Of a stretch of DNA of 64,000 nt, positions 12,790-25,699 are shown piece after piece. Numbering within the stretch: the stretch's first letter is position 1; each line of letters begins with the position of its first letter. The notes beneath the pieces were generated by a model. It was given only the letters and a program-made list of their open reading frames with translations, was not told where the DNA came from and ran no database searches. This DNA comes from Octopus sinensis (Eukaryota), in contig NC_042997.1 in NCBI RefSeq assembly GCF_006345805.1, forward strand, positions 60,016,001-60,080,000, in the 5' to 3' direction. The position numbers were made by a program, and so were the translations under genes.

Positions 12790-13345
12790 TTTATCTTTTA
12801 CTTCTGTTAGTTATTAGATTGTGACCATGTGAGGTATTCGCCTTGAAGAGTTTAAACCGATGGTTCTCAACCATTTTTTACCCCTTTGATTCCTATTTTA
12901 CTCTACTGGACCTCCGTACCCATTCATTTATATATATAATAACAATCATACTGTATTTCTATAATCAAATATTATTAGGAATTGTAATAAAAAGTTATTA
13001 AAATGTTTTGTGTATTGTAGAAGTATAACCGTTTTATTGCACTTAAATTTTAACAAAATCTTATATGGACCCCCTAGGGTCATATAGATCTCAGTTGAGA
13101 ACCACTGTTTTAAAATGAACAAATCATCCCCAGTACTTATTTTAAAAGTCTGGTGCTTACTCTATCGGTTTCTTTTGCCGAAGTGTTAAGTTATATGAGC
13201 GTAAACAAAGTAAAGCCGGTTGTATGTGTCATTGGGGGACATACACAAACACACAGGCGCGCACACGCATATGTATCTATATATATGACGGGCTTCCACA
13301 TAGTTTGCGTCTACCAAATTCATTCACAAGGTATTGGTTGGCCGA
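12790..13345 (-). mobile_element. Family B SINE interrupted by a hAT MITE
   Basis: Tail ttttatcttttac at the left; ctatcggtttcttttgccgaa and gacgggcttccac..gtctaccaaatt at the right of the MITE. Confidence 0.75.
12858..13107. mobile_element. hAT (Charlie/Buster-type) MITE, 250 bp
   Basis: TIRs cgatggttctcaac and gttgagaaccactg (CAGTGGTTCTCAA type). Flanking 8-mers gtttaaac and ttttaaaa match at 6/8. Confidence 0.8.
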
Positions 13346-13479
13346 AGACAAGTTGGCAAAAGACAAGTTGCCGCACAGAAACTATGTGGTTGTAAGTGAA
13401 CTTGTTAACAAAATAAATTTTATTTATCAGTTTAGTTAACTACTTTTATATCGCTATCTCATGTTGCTAATAGGCTTTA

Positions 13480-13880
13480 TTATTTGATCAACTCAACCCT
13501 GATTCAGTAGATCTATGATTTCAGACATTCTTGTCGTGACCAACACATTTTAGAGATATGCAAGAACATATGATCTAATATGCCCTTTTTCAAGACGGCG
13601 GAGTGTAATTTGAGGTAAATTTGGCTGCCATTTCTAGAAATAAACAACCACCTAGGCGTTCTTCCATTGTTGTTGTTGCTGCTGCTGTTGTTGTTTAGTC
13701 TCAGATCAGCTGTAATCGAGCAAGTCGCTAATCAAAAGAATTCCAATTGTGTCATCCATTCTACTTAAGGATATGTAGAACTACATATGATAATACAATC
13801 ATTGGTTGATATTTAAGACGATAGGGTAGACTTGAATAAAATTTGGTTGCTATTACTAGGAGGTTGAATGGCCACTTTGA
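13480..13880 (-). mobile_element. Two tandem degenerate copies of SINE-like family C (local label); further fragments at ~10230-10790, 15395-15570 and 21160-21325
   Basis: Recurring tttgg(c/t)tgc.att..tag and gtcttaa motifs, gctgacc..gggctaaa and (AAC)n/(GTT)n tails. Confidence 0.5.
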
Positions 13881-14307
13881 ATGTATCTCGTCTGCTCATG
13901 TTCCTTCGTTGGACTGCAATTTATAATGTTTGTTATGTGGCACTAGCATTTCCTAGAGACGTGAACAACATGTAAATGTATGTCATGACACAAGTACTAT
14001 CAACATGGCACTAATATGATTGCTTCCATCGCCAATCTGGAAAAGGAATGAGGGTTTGATAATAAATGAAATAGCAGGTGACACAATAGCAGTTGATTCA
14101 TTCGCCAATGAGCTGAGTCTGTTTCACGCTGTGCCATTAAGAAGAGCATAAATGCTGCCAGCTTTCACTTCGTCTTCTAAAATATATGGTCTTATGGATT
14201 AATCAAAGAAAGCTATTATCATGATGTTAATATTGGTGTTAATTCATTTTCCTTCGTTTGCCAGCTCCCATCAAAGACTTCTTTCATTCTATATTTTCCC
14301 TTCCTTT

Positions 14308-14355
<48 letters not shown>

Positions 14356-15044
14356 GTACTCTCTCTCTCTCTCTCTCTCTCGCTATCCACCCTTTTTATG
14401 TCTTTCACTTTCTATCGCTATCACTCTTTCTCTTTCTTTCAATCTCTGGCCCCCTTACTTCTCCCCTCTCTCTTACTTGCTCTTCCTCGTCATCTCCTTC
14501 TCCTCTTTCGCATTCTTCCATTGTTATACACCACTGTTTACATATCATTGACTAAGTATTAAGTAACGTTTCCTCGAAATAACGTTCATACCACCCATTT
14601 CTCTTTCATATCTACTGATCTATCCTGCTTTATCCACCAAACCATCTTCCAACTTTCGCTAAAGAGTCCTTTAAACACATTTTAAACAGTCCTTTCCACC
14701 CTATACACACATTTGTACTTTCTCTCTTTCTCTCCATTGCTCACTTCTGTTCTCCCCATCTCCTGGCCGTACCCTCTTTCTCTTCCCCTCTCTCCCACGC
14801 CTCCGCATTCTGTCTGTCTGTCTGTCTCTCTCTATTTGAATCCACTTTGCCACACTTCAAACTTATATAATGCTACACTGCCAACCATAACACCTCCTAC
14901 ACTATAAATAGCAAACTTTTATTCAACTCGTAACTTCCTTTTGGCAGACAATAAATTGGAGATAAACCGTTAGCGAGATGAGCATGCCACGAGATTTCTA
15001 TTTTCTTTTCTTTAAATGACATAGTTTCATATCTATGAACTCAT

Positions 15045-15132
15045 TTATAGTCGATAGGATGGAGCTGGTTGTGTTCCACCAAGTTTATCTTCCTTAGATA
15101 TTATATATGATGAGGAATTCTTCAATGACGCT
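15045..15132 (-). CDS. Candidate terminal coding exon of an unidentified host gene (ASLKNSSSYIISKEDKLGGTQPAPSYRL*)
   Basis: Long T-rich tract and cattag acceptor upstream, open frame to TAA, AATAAA at 14923-14918 followed by a GT-rich tract. No homologue recognised. Confidence 0.3.
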
Positions 15133-15574
15133 CTAATGCGAGATTGAGTTCAAAGTACAAGAGAAAAAACAAAACAAAAACAAAACAAAAGAAAACAGGT
15201 CCATTGTTTGCAATTTAGTAAATATGGGCCAAATCCCATACTATTAGAAGCTTTAATCAAGTGAAGATAACTTAGCATAGAGAAACATCTTAATTATACC
15301 CTGGTATCGTGAATTGTTGCCTAATTATATCCGACCCAATGAAAGACTCTCTATGTAGTCCATCGATCTGCAGGAAAAAACAGCTTATGCCATTTCCTGT
15401 CACATCCGGACGTCTTTAAAAAGAGGACACATTGGCTAGTAGTGTCTTAGCTTCAATATTTGAGAAAATAAAGAGAAATGGTCTGGACTAGTATACTTTA
15501 ATCATTAATTTACTCGATCAGGGCTGACCTGAAGTTAAATAGCAAACAGCAGCAGCAGCAACAATAATAACATC

Positions 15575-15790
15575 AATAGTTTCATATTTTGGCACAAGGC
15601 TATCAAGTACGTGAGCGGGGGTAAGTTGATTACATCGATTCCAGTACTCAACTGATACTTAGTTTATCGACCCCGAAAGAATGAAAGGCAAAGTTGAACC
15701 AGGTGGTATTTGAACTCACAACGTAAAGACGGACAAAAGGCGCTAAGTATTTTGTCCGATGTGCTAACGATTTTGCCAGTTTGCCACCTT
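15575..15790 (-). mobile_element. Family A SINE
   Basis: ttatcgaccccgaaagaatgaaaggcaaagttg..tttgaactc..gctaacgattttgccag. Confidence 0.8.
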
Positions 15791-15848
15791 AACAATAATA
15801 ATGATAATGCTTTCAAATTTATTTAAAGGACACAATACATGTACTTAA

Positions 15849-15902
15849 GCACTACTAATAGCTTCATATGTTGAGAAATACTGAAACGTATTCTTCAGGT
15901 GC
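15849..15902 (-). ncRNA. Type I hammerhead ribozyme motif, degenerate (A15.1G)
   Basis: GCAC-CUGAAGA-AUACGUU/AACAUAU-GAAG-CU AUU AG-UA-GUGC. Confidence 0.65.
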
Positions 15903-16788
15903 AAACTACATATTGTAATGAACTAAAATAATTGAATAATAGAAGAAACGGGGGAAATCTGAGAAGGTAGCATATAAAAATGCAGAAAGTAAAAAACGAA
16001 AAACGAAAACCCAAAAACTAAAATGTAAAAGATAAAACGTAAAAGGTGAAGGAGCTATCCTTCTTAGATCTTAAATGATAAAGCCGGGAAGATATCAAGT
16101 CAGTCAGGAATAGGAGGAATTTTCAAATTCTTCAAAATATATTTATACATATGCTTGCAGCCACTGAAAATTTCAGACCTAGAATTCAATAGAGAGTTAG
16201 GAATCTTAGTTCTGAACAGGGTCTGCGCTCTTTCAGCCGAACAAAGCCTACATTTATTCGATCCATTCACGTAAGTTATGGATTTCTCAAATACTTTCCA
16301 TTTAGAACGTGATTTTTCTTTCAAATTTAATAAGTAGCTAGCCAACTTAGTAGCTTTACTTTTGTCCCTATGTCGCAAGGAGACTATGTGGTGTTCATAG
16401 CGATTTTTAAATTCACCTTTACATAATACAATATAGGACTTCTTAGTTGTATTATTATTTAAGTTTGCAGTAACTCCTCTGTATTGAACTCTAGATCAGA
16501 AATTTCTTTGGTCGCAAGCATATGTATAAATATATTTTGAAGAATTGGAAATTCTGCCTATTCTTAACTAACTTGATATCTTTCCAGCTTTATCATTTAA
16601 GGACCAAGGAGGATAGCTCTTCTATCTTTTTACCTTTAGTCCTTTTTACATTTTTGTATTTTCGTTCCCCATTTTACGTTTTGCATTTTCCGTTTCTTGC
16701 TTTCTGCGTTTTCTATATGCTGCTTTCTTAGTTTTTTCGCGTTTCTTCTATTATTCATTTTTCTTTAGTTCGTTATGATATGTGGTTT

Positions 16789-16842
16789 CCGCCTAAAGAA
16801 TATGTTTGAGTATTTCACAACATATGAAACTATTAGTGGTGT
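16789..16842 (+). ncRNA. Type I hammerhead motif, degenerate paralog (G5A, H17G)
   Basis: CCGC-CUAAAGA-AUAUGUU/AACAUAU (perfect stem II)-GAAA-CU AUU AG-UG-GUGU. Confidence 0.6.
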
Positions 16843-16951
16843 TTAAATACATGTATTGTTCCCTTTAAATAAATAATATATATATGTTGGTACAACAGGA
16901 AAAATAGTACTCAAAACAGTGTATGTATATTCTTATTAATATTTAGCAAAA

Positions 16952-17010
16952 GTACCAGAGTGACTCCAGGTCCACGAGTTTCGTGCGTTGGCACTCATCA
17001 AAATAGTTAC
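16952..17010 (-). ncRNA. Type I hammerhead motif (UUGAUGA core, weakened stem I)
   Basis: UUGAUGA-GUGC CAAC GCAC-GAA-ACUC..GAGU-C. Confidence 0.65.
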
Positions 17011-17021
17011 AGGTTCAACCT

Positions 17022-17080
17022 GTAACTAGTTTGATAAGTGCTAAGGTACGAAACTCTCGGACCATGAGTCACTCTGTTAC
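17022..17080 (+). ncRNA. Type I hammerhead motif with U3-A8 core; all three stems formable
   Basis: GUAAC U AGU-UUGAUAA-GUGC UAAG GUAC-GAA-ACUC UCGGACCAU GAGU-C-ACU CU GUUAC; predicted cleavage after C17070. Confidence 0.8.
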
Positions 17081-17193
17081 TTTTGTTGATTTTTAACACG
17101 CTACGTCTTTAAAGTAACCTTCCCTGGACGAAACATCTCACCCTTAAAGTGTTTAACAACACACATACATTAAGTATGTGACGTTGATAACGA

Positions 17194-17225
<32 letters not shown>

Positions 17226-17534
17226 CACCTACATATATTTATTTATGTGTATTGACATATATACATATTCTGTGTATTTTTATTGCTAATCATTGAAACC
17301 ATACTTCATATCAACGATCCGTATGTACAAAGCATTTAAGTATTTATGTTAAAGTCTGTTCTCTCCACTTAGCTTCACCTGCTCATAGCAGGAGATTATT
17401 AAGTTTATGCAAGGAGTAACCGACCAACAAATGTATCATCATGTGCCACATTGTTATAGTATAGCGTGTTTTATTGCCATCAAATATACACGAAAATAGA
17501 ACGAAAATATATTTTTAAAGTATTTATTACTTAC

Positions 17535-17609
17535 AAAGAAAAACAAAAGCAGCGACTATGATCACTTTTAGGAGAACTGGAGGAAGTTACCTCGGACCGA
17601 ATAGCTAGC
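17535..17609 (-). CDS. Candidate 75-nt internal exon
   Basis: catttag acceptor and GTAAGT donor; one frame open (LAIRSEVTSSSSPKSDHSRCFCFS) and phase-compatible with 15132-15045. Confidence 0.25.
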
Positions 17610-17887
17610 CTAAATGTTTACAAATGAGTAGACTCTGTTAAAGGCGTCTAATGGTCAGATGGCCGTGTTAAGCCATGCGATAACTCTATGAATCTAAATG
17701 TGTTGAAGGAAGATGTGTGAAATCAGGCACCCCTTCATAAGTAGAACTCCGTCATTTATTTCCTCATGCTTTCAGAAAATAGATAATTTTTGATGAAATT
17801 TTCTATAAATATCTTTCAGATGATGTAAATCCCGATTATATTGAAGTTAAACGTGATTAAGAAAAAAAAAGCAATGCTGGGTGCGCG

Positions 17888-18485
17888 TACATACATGCAT
17901 ATATACATATATACATACATACATGCATAATGCATACATACATACATACATACATACATGCATACATGCATACATACATACATACATGCAAACATACATA
18001 CATACATACATACACACATACATACATACATGCATACATACATACATACATACATACATACATGCATACATACATACATAGATGCATACATGCATACATA
18101 CATACATACATGCATACATACATACAAACATACATGCATACATACATACATACATGCATGCATACATACATACATACATACATACATACATACATACATA
18201 CATACATACATACATACATGCATACATACATGCATACATGCATACGTACATACATGCATACATACATACATGTATATATACATACATACATGCATACATG
18301 CATACATACATACATGCATACATGCATACATACATACATACATACAAACATACATACAGTCATCCATCCATCCCTCCATCCATCCCTCCATCCATCCCTC
18401 CATCCATCCATACATACATACATACATACATACATACATACATACATACATACATACATACATACATACATACATACATACATAC
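17888..18485. repeat. ~600-bp compound (TACA)n/(TGCA)/(CATC)n microsatellite
   Basis: Direct reading; source of ORFs 17816-18593. Confidence 0.95.
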
Positions 18486-19357
18486 CGACGCACATCACAT
18501 ACATATATACGCAAAGTGAAAGTTAAAATTTTGAAAAACGTTTGTGATGTGTGTCGTTATGTATGTGTGGGCGCCCACAGTTTCTCACATTAAATTCAGA
18601 TATATTCGTAATCTACACGACTTGAAAAGTATTTGAAGAAAATCTCATTTACAAATTTCCCTTTTTCTGAAAGTTATGTGGACAGAAAGTCAACTCGAGA
18701 GAATCAACCGAAACATCTCTTCGCCGCCTTCGAAAAACGTTTTCACAACAAATTCCGATGTGATCAAAGTTTACACCATCGATTAGCATTTGTAGAAAAT
18801 TTCATTAGAAATATCTATTTTTCTGAAAGTTATGAGGAAGCAAAATCGAAATCGAGGAAGGAACACTTGTAATTGTAGGATATTCAAGCGTTTTCTCAGT
18901 ATTGAACCTCATACATGCATTGAAAAAATAAAAATGCTATATTCTTCTTCGTGTAACAATTCGATGGGAGGAAATTGCATTGCCGAGGTTTGTGTTGGAC
19001 TGCTCTCTGCTGCAAATTTTATTTAATGATTTCAGTTTAATTTTCTGCATACGGTAAGTTCAAATCTTACGGATCAAAACTTAAATTGATGGGGCCGCAA
19101 AATCATGAAAGGGACACGAAGACACATACCTTACTTTTCAAATGTTTGATAAAATGTACAATGTTCACGAATTTATTTAAGCAATAGATGTAGATGGAGC
19201 CGCTAAGGTATATCAAATATTAAGCATGTTCCAAATATCTAATTTTAAATTCCAATATTAAATTATAAGGAAAATTATTGATTGGTAAAATGTACTAAGA
19301 ATAACTGATCTCGCTCATCCTCCCTGTTACACACACACACACATACACACACACACA

Positions 19358-19407
<50 letters not shown>

Positions 19408-19549
19408 TTCTTAGGAGTAGGGATCCGGTTCAAAGGACCTTGGGTAAGTCGCCACTTACAATACAGAATTTGAAGTTGAAAGTCTTGAGTGTTAATAGGT
19501 TTAATTTATAACCGTGAATCCTGCAAAACATACTTTGTTTTACCCGGAC

Positions 19550-19605
<56 letters not shown>

Positions 19606-19964
19606 ACGTATATAGATTAAGCATGTATGTATGTATGTATGTATGTATGTATGTATGTATGTATGTATCTTAGAGAGCGGAGTAGATAAAGGTGTAAATA
19701 ATAGCGCACATATATTTGATTCTAACTTCTTATGACGGAAGCAACGTACAATTCTGGCTAAGAATAAAGCTTCTAAAATATTTGGAGGAGGTTCGAAGGA
19801 TTGCTTTGGTACAATGGTTGGATGTCCGTTTGCAAGATGTGTGTTTGAGTCCTACGGTCAGCTTTCTACTTTTTCCATACAAGTTTTTTCCCCAATATGT
19901 ACCCGTTATTGTTTATAGCTTCATGTACTTCGTGTTACAATGTCAAAAGCGATATATTTCACGA

Positions 19965-20135
19965 CTTCCGGAGTTTCTAGATTCCTTTGACGTAAACAAT
20001 ATACATACATACATGCATATATATATATGTATGTATGCATGTATGTATGTATGTATGTATGTATGTATGTATGTATGTATGTATATTGTTTACGCCAAAG
20101 GAATCTAGAAACTCCGGAATATATATAAATATATA

Positions 20136-20179
<44 letters not shown>

Positions 20180-20217
20180 ATTGTTTACGCCAAAGGAATC
20201 TAGAAACTCCGGAATAA
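19965..20217. repeat. ~45-bp inverted repeat around a (TATG)n core, with a tandem extra copy of the right arm
   Basis: ttccggagtttctagattcctttgacgtaaacaatatac at ~19965; its reverse complement at ~20080-20119 and ~20176-20215. Confidence 0.85.
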
Positions 20218-20236
20218 ATAAATAAATAAATATATG

Positions 20237-20320
<84 letters not shown>

Positions 20321-20990
20321 TATATACACATATATGTGTGCGTATGAGAAACAAACATTCAGAAATGATGTTTGTTTGATAAAAGAGATTTTTCAGAAAG
20401 ACTATTTCCTGTTCTGAGTATTGTATTCTTTGGAATGACTTTGGAAGACTACGTGCTAATGATAAGGATCAGTATTTTTAGACTTGGTTCGGTCTTCAAG
20501 ATTAAAATACACAATACGATATATTGTTGAACATTGCCTCTCGTTTGCATAGAGAACAAATAGAATAAAATAAAAGGAACACGTGATTTTCATAGCATTC
20601 TAGTTTGAATCGTATAAACTCCTTAAACGAAACTTTTTAAAAAAAGCTTCATGACAACCAATCCTTATATAATGTTTGTTGCAGTTTATACCAAATGTTT
20701 GATTTAAGTATGTTTTCTACAATGTTCTCACTGCAAACAAGTTAGTTTATGTTTATATTTCAAACGCAACATAATTTGGTTTATTCAAAATACGATGAAT
20801 AAGACCAGAAGAAAGCGAAGTTAATATGGAAACTGACGCATTCCGCGTTTTGAATATTTGATAAAAATAGTATCGTATTTTTGCTATTAAATCTAAGCCA
20901 TCTGCCTCTTTTATATCATTGTTTATGATACCTTACCTCATAAAATGAAGTGAACATAAACATTTTGTGTTTCATAAATGAATGAGCTAG

Positions 20991-21004
20991 GTAACCATGG
21001 AAAC
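20991..21004. promoter_or_regulatory. RFX X-box candidate
   Basis: GTAACC-AT-GGAAAC fully matches GTHNYY-AT-RRNAAC. It lies in non-repetitive sequence ~55 bp from a GAG|GTAAGG donor on the minus strand (20937). Confidence 0.4.
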
Positions 21005-23608
21005 GATATTTTACGGAAGCATAGAGTAAACAGTGTTAAAGAAGAGAAATATTTTAGGGTCTAGAATTACATTAATAGGTGAAATAGCCAAAAACAGAGG
21101 GAGACTGAGATAAACACAAGGGGTAGAAAATTATAGCACGCCATAATATGAAGGCGGTTCTATGGCAGTCGAACGCCGTGCTAGAAATAACAGCCAAATG
21201 CGCTTTGAATAACACTTCTCCGTCTTAAAAGCACACTGGCTAAAGAAACCATTGATATGCTGTACGAAAAGATGGGATGGGATGGCCACAACTGGAATGT
21301 ATTTGATTGTAAATATACTCGATATCAGAGCTAATCAGCAATAATCATAACTGTACGAGACACTCTCGTCATTTATCATAAATTAATTATTAAAAATGTA
21401 AGAAATAAAGTAAGGAGTAGAGTGTGAATGGAGGGAAACATGTCTTGTTGGCGCACAACATTCATTCACCCTCTGTCCTTCATGGGAATTATTGAATTTA
21501 GTGAAATAGCAACAGCTAGGAATCGAACCTGAACACATACGCACACGCGCGCACACACAAACACACACACACACACGCTTGCGCGCTTGCGCGCGCGCAC
21601 GCATTAGCACACACATGCTCACGCGCGCACACATGCACACACATATTCACAAGGCTTCCGAGAGTGGGATTCAACTAGTATATCGGCTATGGCGAGGTGG
21701 GGTCAGAAAGCCAGGATGGAACCTGTCTGCAGTCTAGAATTTTGAAACGGCCCCGCCTCATCCTAGGGCCTGAAAATACTTTTATTTCCCCTTATCAATT
21801 TTTTTTCCGAGGCCATACATACATACATACATACATACATACATGGTGGCTGCCCCCTCGTTATCGAGTATGGCCATTGCACGAAGCTTAATCAATGTTG
21901 TTTTCGTGCAATGCCTGTACAAGAAGATTTCTTTTAAAGTGAGGAAAAGCTGTGCACTGAGTCAATCCCACTCACTAAGCAACAGCAGCCATAATCCGAA
22001 AAGAAGAACAAGTCAAGATCATCGGTAACCACTGAGCCGCAGGGTTTATGTCGGAGTTATCCCAGTTACCTGAGTTACCTTCTCGTAGAAGGATGCCCTA
22101 ACAAAGGCTAGGAGTCCTTCACTCACATACATACATACATACATACATACATACATACATACATACATACATACATACATACATACATACGTACATACAT
22201 ACATGAATGCATGCATACATACTTACATGCATCTATACATAATAAGTACATACATACATACATACATACATACATACATACATACATACATACATACATG
22301 TATGCGTAAATACTTATATATTATTATACTAAAAACAAGAAAAACCTTGCGAAACATAGCTACTCAGAGTTTCCTGGCAGGAACCATAATTATTTCGCCA
22401 TTTATTAAGCAGGTAAATAAGACGATTTAGTAACTGCGATCGATATAATTGAGATTTGAATGAACATGCTCATTTATAAAAAGACAGAGGAGCAATCAAG
22501 GGGCAATACTTAACTGCGCAGGGAGTGTTTTACAAGTACCAAAAGTTACATAAACCAACACTGGAATGGGTTATGATGTGTTCAGTGGTTATCACTAATT
22601 CCCACTAAGATGTGTTTTGCAAAATGCGAACAGTCCCTGGACGGAGCAATTATTTAAGCGAGCGTAAAGAACATCTTTTTTGACCCGCTGATATAAGGTT
22701 TGGTCTTAGAAAGGATCTTCCATCTGATGTTGCAGTTGATGTTCTTGTCCTTAAGTCTCTAAATTGATACTGACAGGGTTTTTGAATGGAACTTCTTGGG
22801 TCATCTAAAGGTAGAAATATGGCTGTTGTATCTAGATTTAAATTTTCCATCCACTGACTCTATATAACGTTTGGTCTCTGTCTGACCGGTGTCATAGATT
22901 GCCGACACCTGTGCTTCGTAAACGATGGAGTGTATATCGCATGCTAGCTCTAGAGGAAACATTTAAATTTGTCTCTGCATCTACATCTAGGACTGGTCCA
23001 AGTCACAGTTGCTTATTGATATAGGTTTTTACATTGGTGGGGGGACGTTAATATGTAATGTTTAAACATACTTTCATACATACATATATAATACTTATAT
23101 ACATATATATATAGATGCGTGTATGTGTATGTGTATGTGTGCGTATTTGTGCGTGTGTGTTTGCGTAAATGTTTGCGTGTGATTGTGTATAGGCCCGGTG
23201 TAGTCACTTAGTCCAGAAGTACGCTTCGGAACCACGAGATCACGTGTTATTTTATAAAGCCTCGAGTAAAATTCAATTGTAATTCAGTTAAGTACAGCCT
23301 TTTCACAAACACTGCATTACACTAGTTTTGCATGAAAATTTCTAGAAAGGAACACGTGTCAGAGGAATGCTCAGCTACTAAGACGTTATTTCAGGACCAA
23401 GGTATCAGTTGGCCCACACCATCGAACAACGGAGATCCACAATCAATATACAGATATGTATATACACACATCCAAGATTTATCCATCCATCCATCCCCAC
23501 GCCTTACCTCCCCCACTCTCTCTCTCCAACCGTCCATACATACCTACATACATACAAACATAAATATACATGTATGTATGTAAATATGCATGTATGCGTG
23601 TAAGTGTA

Positions 23609-23684
<76 letters not shown>

Positions 23685-23686
23685 AT

Positions 23687-23718
<32 letters not shown>

Positions 23719-24116
23719 ATATGTATATATATATCTGTGTGTGTACATATATGTACACACACACAGACGCTGACATTCACGGACATATTGTGTTAATGTT
23801 CGTTTTTATGTTTTTATGTTTTTATGTTAAGTTATAAAAAAAACAATTTTACATAAATCAGATGGGTTCCCCTAAACTTTTATAGAGTACAAGTTTATAT
23901 TCTTAAACGAGAATATTATTGACAGTATGTTTCATCCAGTTCAGCCATAATTGGACTGCGCGATGGCTTAACTAGCTCAGTCTTCGAAGTCACTATCAAA
24001 AGTATTCGCGTTATATATATACATATATATATATTTATAATGTAAGGTATAAGTAAGAGGCATTATGCCCTCTAAGGGACAGAAGTATCCAGAGGCACTC
24101 CTGGTAATTACCACAG

Positions 24117-24292
24117 TAAGAAAATGGAGGAAAAGCAACAAATAGAAGTCTATCTTTGGTGCTAAAAAGCCATTATTTAATTACTTAAGCAAGGTGAAGG
24201 TAAGATTGAGTTTACCTTGCTTAACAAATTAAATAATGGCTTTTTAGCACCAAAGATACCCTTCTATTTGTTGTTTTTCCTCTATTTTCTTA
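24117..24292. repeat. ~176-bp fold-back with ~82-bp arms and a 12-nt spacer
   Basis: tatctttggtgctaaaaagccattatttaatt pairs with aattaaataatggctttttagcaccaaagata. Confidence 0.9.
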
Positions 24293-24331
24293 TCGTCTAT
24301 ATATATATATATATGTATGTATGTATGTATG

Positions 24332-24363
<32 letters not shown>

Positions 24364-24596
24364 TGTATGTATGTATGTATGTATCTATCTATCTATCTAT
24401 CTATATATATATATATACATATATACACACATATATGTATACACACATACAATACATACATTCATTCATACATACATACATACATACAATACATACATAC
24501 ATACATACATACATACATACATACATACATACATACATACATACATACATACGTGCGTACGTAGACACACACACAGAGACATGCATAAATGCATAC

Positions 24597-24660
24597 ATAA
24601 TGTTGTCTTGGTAGTATTTCGGAAATGACTGGGCCTCTTGCAAAGTGGGTCACACTTTCA
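24597..24660 (-). CDS. Candidate 64-nt exon (ESVTHFARGPVISEILPRQHY)
   Basis: gctttacag acceptor, GTATGC donor, open frame; no homologue recognised. Confidence 0.2.
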
Positions 24661-25699
24661 CTGTAAAGCTGAACTTGTTAATGTAATATTTAGTGACCTA
24701 GTCCACAGTATTTTCATTGTATTTTAACAATGGATAAATGGCGCTGCTTACTAGCTCCTTACTTAAGAATAATGGTGGTCTTATATCCCTAACAAGACAA
24801 ACTATCATTGTGTTTTATATTTCCTCTCCTTTCTTCCTTTTTATTGGTTGTCAGCTTGGCAAACAATTCAAAATATTACATAAGCTGTCGATTTGAATAA
24901 GAATTTCGAATATGAATTATATATAACCGATGTAAATGTTAGTGACATGTTAAATACGAAGTAGGTTCTGCTTAATATTATATTAGTGACCTTAGAAAAG
25001 AAATGAGTGTTAATGTTGAAATACAGAGTTCACATAATAGTACTAAAATAGGGTTAGCGAGCAAAACTGGAAGTGTAATTCTTACTTTAACTTTGAAGTA
25101 AAGGCCATTTTGTCGTTCACAATATATTACTTGCAAACTGTGCTGCCACTACATACTAGGCAAATGCTTTGGTTGCTAAAATCTGGAAGCGCCTCATAAA
25201 TTCTGAGCGACCTAAGTTTTTTGTTAACGCCATAAGAATTTATAAACTTTCAAGAGCGAACATGAAATAATTCTTTTTTGAAACAATGGATCTTGAAGTA
25301 CACATTAAACTATAAATAACTGCATGTAAATATTGGGTAGAAAAACCCGTGTACATCCAGAGCCATTGTTCAAGAAAGTTTTTTTTAATCTAACTAAAAA
25401 CACGAAATCTCATATAAAAAGAAAACGAGGGAAGGAAAAGGGGTCTTATGATTTGTTAAATGGTTTCGCATTTAAGACATTTAAAATTTTGCCAGAGGAC
25501 TGACGTTTTCATCGATATGCTTGATACTAATGATATACATTTCTTGTGCGAGTGTTCATTTTAGTTTTTCAATTGCATTTTCTGTTTGTATTAAAAGGGT
25601 GACGCCTAGTAGAATTTATAGAAAACAAAAAAGTTGTTGATGGGGTCGCACATACATACATACATACATACATACATACATACATACATACATACATAC

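Larger units (their letters stand above)
15818..16875 (-). mobile_element. Penelope-like element 3' fragment: GIY-YIG endonuclease relic between inverted pLTRs
   Basis: 16500->16100 reads QYRGVTANLNNNTTKKSYIVLCKGEFKNRYEHH..TKLASYL..KCRLCSAE..LLNSRSEIFSGCKH. Segments 15818-16160 and 16515-16875 are diverged inverted repeats. Confidence 0.85.
16947..17085. repeat. 139-bp imperfect palindrome carrying two back-to-back hammerheads
   Basis: Axis at 17016 (aggtt-c-aacct); arms pair out to caaaagta/tacttttg. Confidence 0.9.

Noticed and set aside
19962-19985. Minus-strand GAAACUCCGGAAGUC as a hammerhead 3' half; similar at ~22355-22372, ~27960-27985 and ~39835-39850
   Set aside because: No recognisable CUGANGA core or stem I upstream.
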